Shown: positions 63,008 through 64,000 of the stretch, one piece after another | How positions within the stretch are numbered: position 1 is the first letter of the stretch | Layout: every line of letters begins with the position of its first letter | DNA from: an uncultured Methanomicrobiales archaeon | GTDB lineage: Archaea; Halobacteriota; Methanomicrobia; Methanomicrobiales; Methanospirillaceae | Assembly: GCA_963697895.1 (NCBI GenBank) | Contig: OY969100.1 | Coordinates: 608,001-672,000 of the forward strand | DNA: 64,000 bases | Direction of reading: 5' to 3' | Position numbers and translations under genes: made by a program | The notes under the pieces: generated by a model | Databases searched by the model: none | What the model saw: only the letters and a program-made list of their open reading frames with translations | Told to the model about the DNA's origin: nothing

Positions 63008-63792
63008 TCATGAAAGATGTGGCATGGGTTTGGGGGACGATTCCACCCGTTGAGAGTAGACCCTGACCGCCCTGAGCAGGTCGATCCGTCGGAACATCGG
63101 CCAGTATGGCGCACAGAAATATACCGCTGATTCATGTCCGTTCGCAAGCCACGGAAGAAAATTAGAGGTCCTGAATTCGTTCCCCGTCCGGATGATCAGA
63201 TCGACCGGAGGAAGTTGCATTCCGCCATTCAGGTGCCGCTCCACCAGCCCTTCATCGATATCCGCGGGAGTATACACTCCTGATCGTATCTCATCGAGAA
63301 TCTCCCGGATCGCAGACACGATCTCGTTCCGTCCTCCATACGCCAGGGCGATGTTCAGATAATAGTCATGATATCCGGCTGTCGCCGATTCTGCCGCATC
63401 GATCGCCGCAAGCAAATCCGGGGGAAGCCGTGATCGATCCCCGACCATCTGGACCCGGATATGGTAGCGGTGCACCCGCTCATCTTTGAGCACCCGTTCG
63501 AATTTCTCTTTGAAGAGGGCAAAGAGGTCCGATATTTCGGTTGTATCCCGGTTAAAGTTCTCCGTTGAAAATGAGTAGAGGGTGATATATCTGATCCCGA
63601 CTCTCTGGCCCAGTCGAGCAGCTCTTCGGTTTTATCGGCCCCCGCACGATGCCCTTCCACTTTGTTGATCCCGGCAAGGCGGGCAAACCGCCGGTTTCCG
63701 TCCTGAATAATCGCAATATGTTGTGGTATAAAACGGCATTGTTTCAGGAGCGTTCGTACGTAAATCGGCTCGATAAAGCGTCTTGATATCAA
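63008..63792 (-). CDS. uppS: Polyprenyl (undecaprenyl-type) diphosphate synthase, frameshift near 63600
   Basis: HIAIIQDGNRR; then YSFSTEN, AYGGRNEI, DLIIRTG..RTSNFL. Confidence 0.9.
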
Positions 63793-64000
63793 AGCGGGGT
63801 CACCTCGACGATCATCCCGTGGTCCGGATACCGTTCCAGAACGTATTTCTTCCCGGGTAATTCATCCGCATATTCGGTAAGGAGCCACCACGCCATATCA
63901 ATATGGTCCCCGCAGTCTTCATACATCCCTTCATCAAGCATTAAAATTTTCTGATCCGGGTTCTCCTTCTCGAGGACTCCATATACAATGGTGCCGTCAT
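63789..64000 (-). CDS. C-terminal end of a protein (probably archaeal radical SAM family), truncated by window
   Basis: Manual translation DGTIVYG...MAWWLL...ERYPDHGMIVEVTPL*, overlapping the uppS start. Confidence 0.6.
   Translation of the reverse strand, partial: DGTIVYGVLEKENPDQKILMLDEGMYEDCGDHIDMAWWLLTEYADELPGKKYVLERYPDHGMIVEVTPL

Overview
This is a chromosomal segment of a hydrogenotrophic methanogen, most likely Methanomicrobiales. It carries coenzyme F430 cfb genes, methanogenesis marker 9, phosphoribulokinase, archaeal histones and an archaeal tRNA-Glu. A minus-strand tRNA-Glu(TTC) at 31701-31775 splits the window. To its right is core metabolism: ilvE, cfbA/E/D/B, hypA/E, fprA, prk, a NifH-like gene plus two short NifD/K-like genes, leuC/D/B, nusA, hisE, dph5, feoB, polX and a cis-prenyltransferase pair. 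To its left is an accessory region with exporters, S-layer-domain proteins, two paralogous histone genes and a strongly AT-rich defence-like island (OLD nuclease, two HEPN proteins, a small pore-like membrane protein). The most striking unexplained feature is a ~300-bp non-coding element present in five diverged, co-oriented copies (about 2.4, 11.0, 16.5, 24.8 and 29.2 kb). Its internal block spacing is almost invariant and it has a central dyad. Two copies abut the histone genes, two mark the foreign island, and none was seen right of the tRNA. About nine small frameshifts, several in essential genes, indicate indel errors in the assembly.
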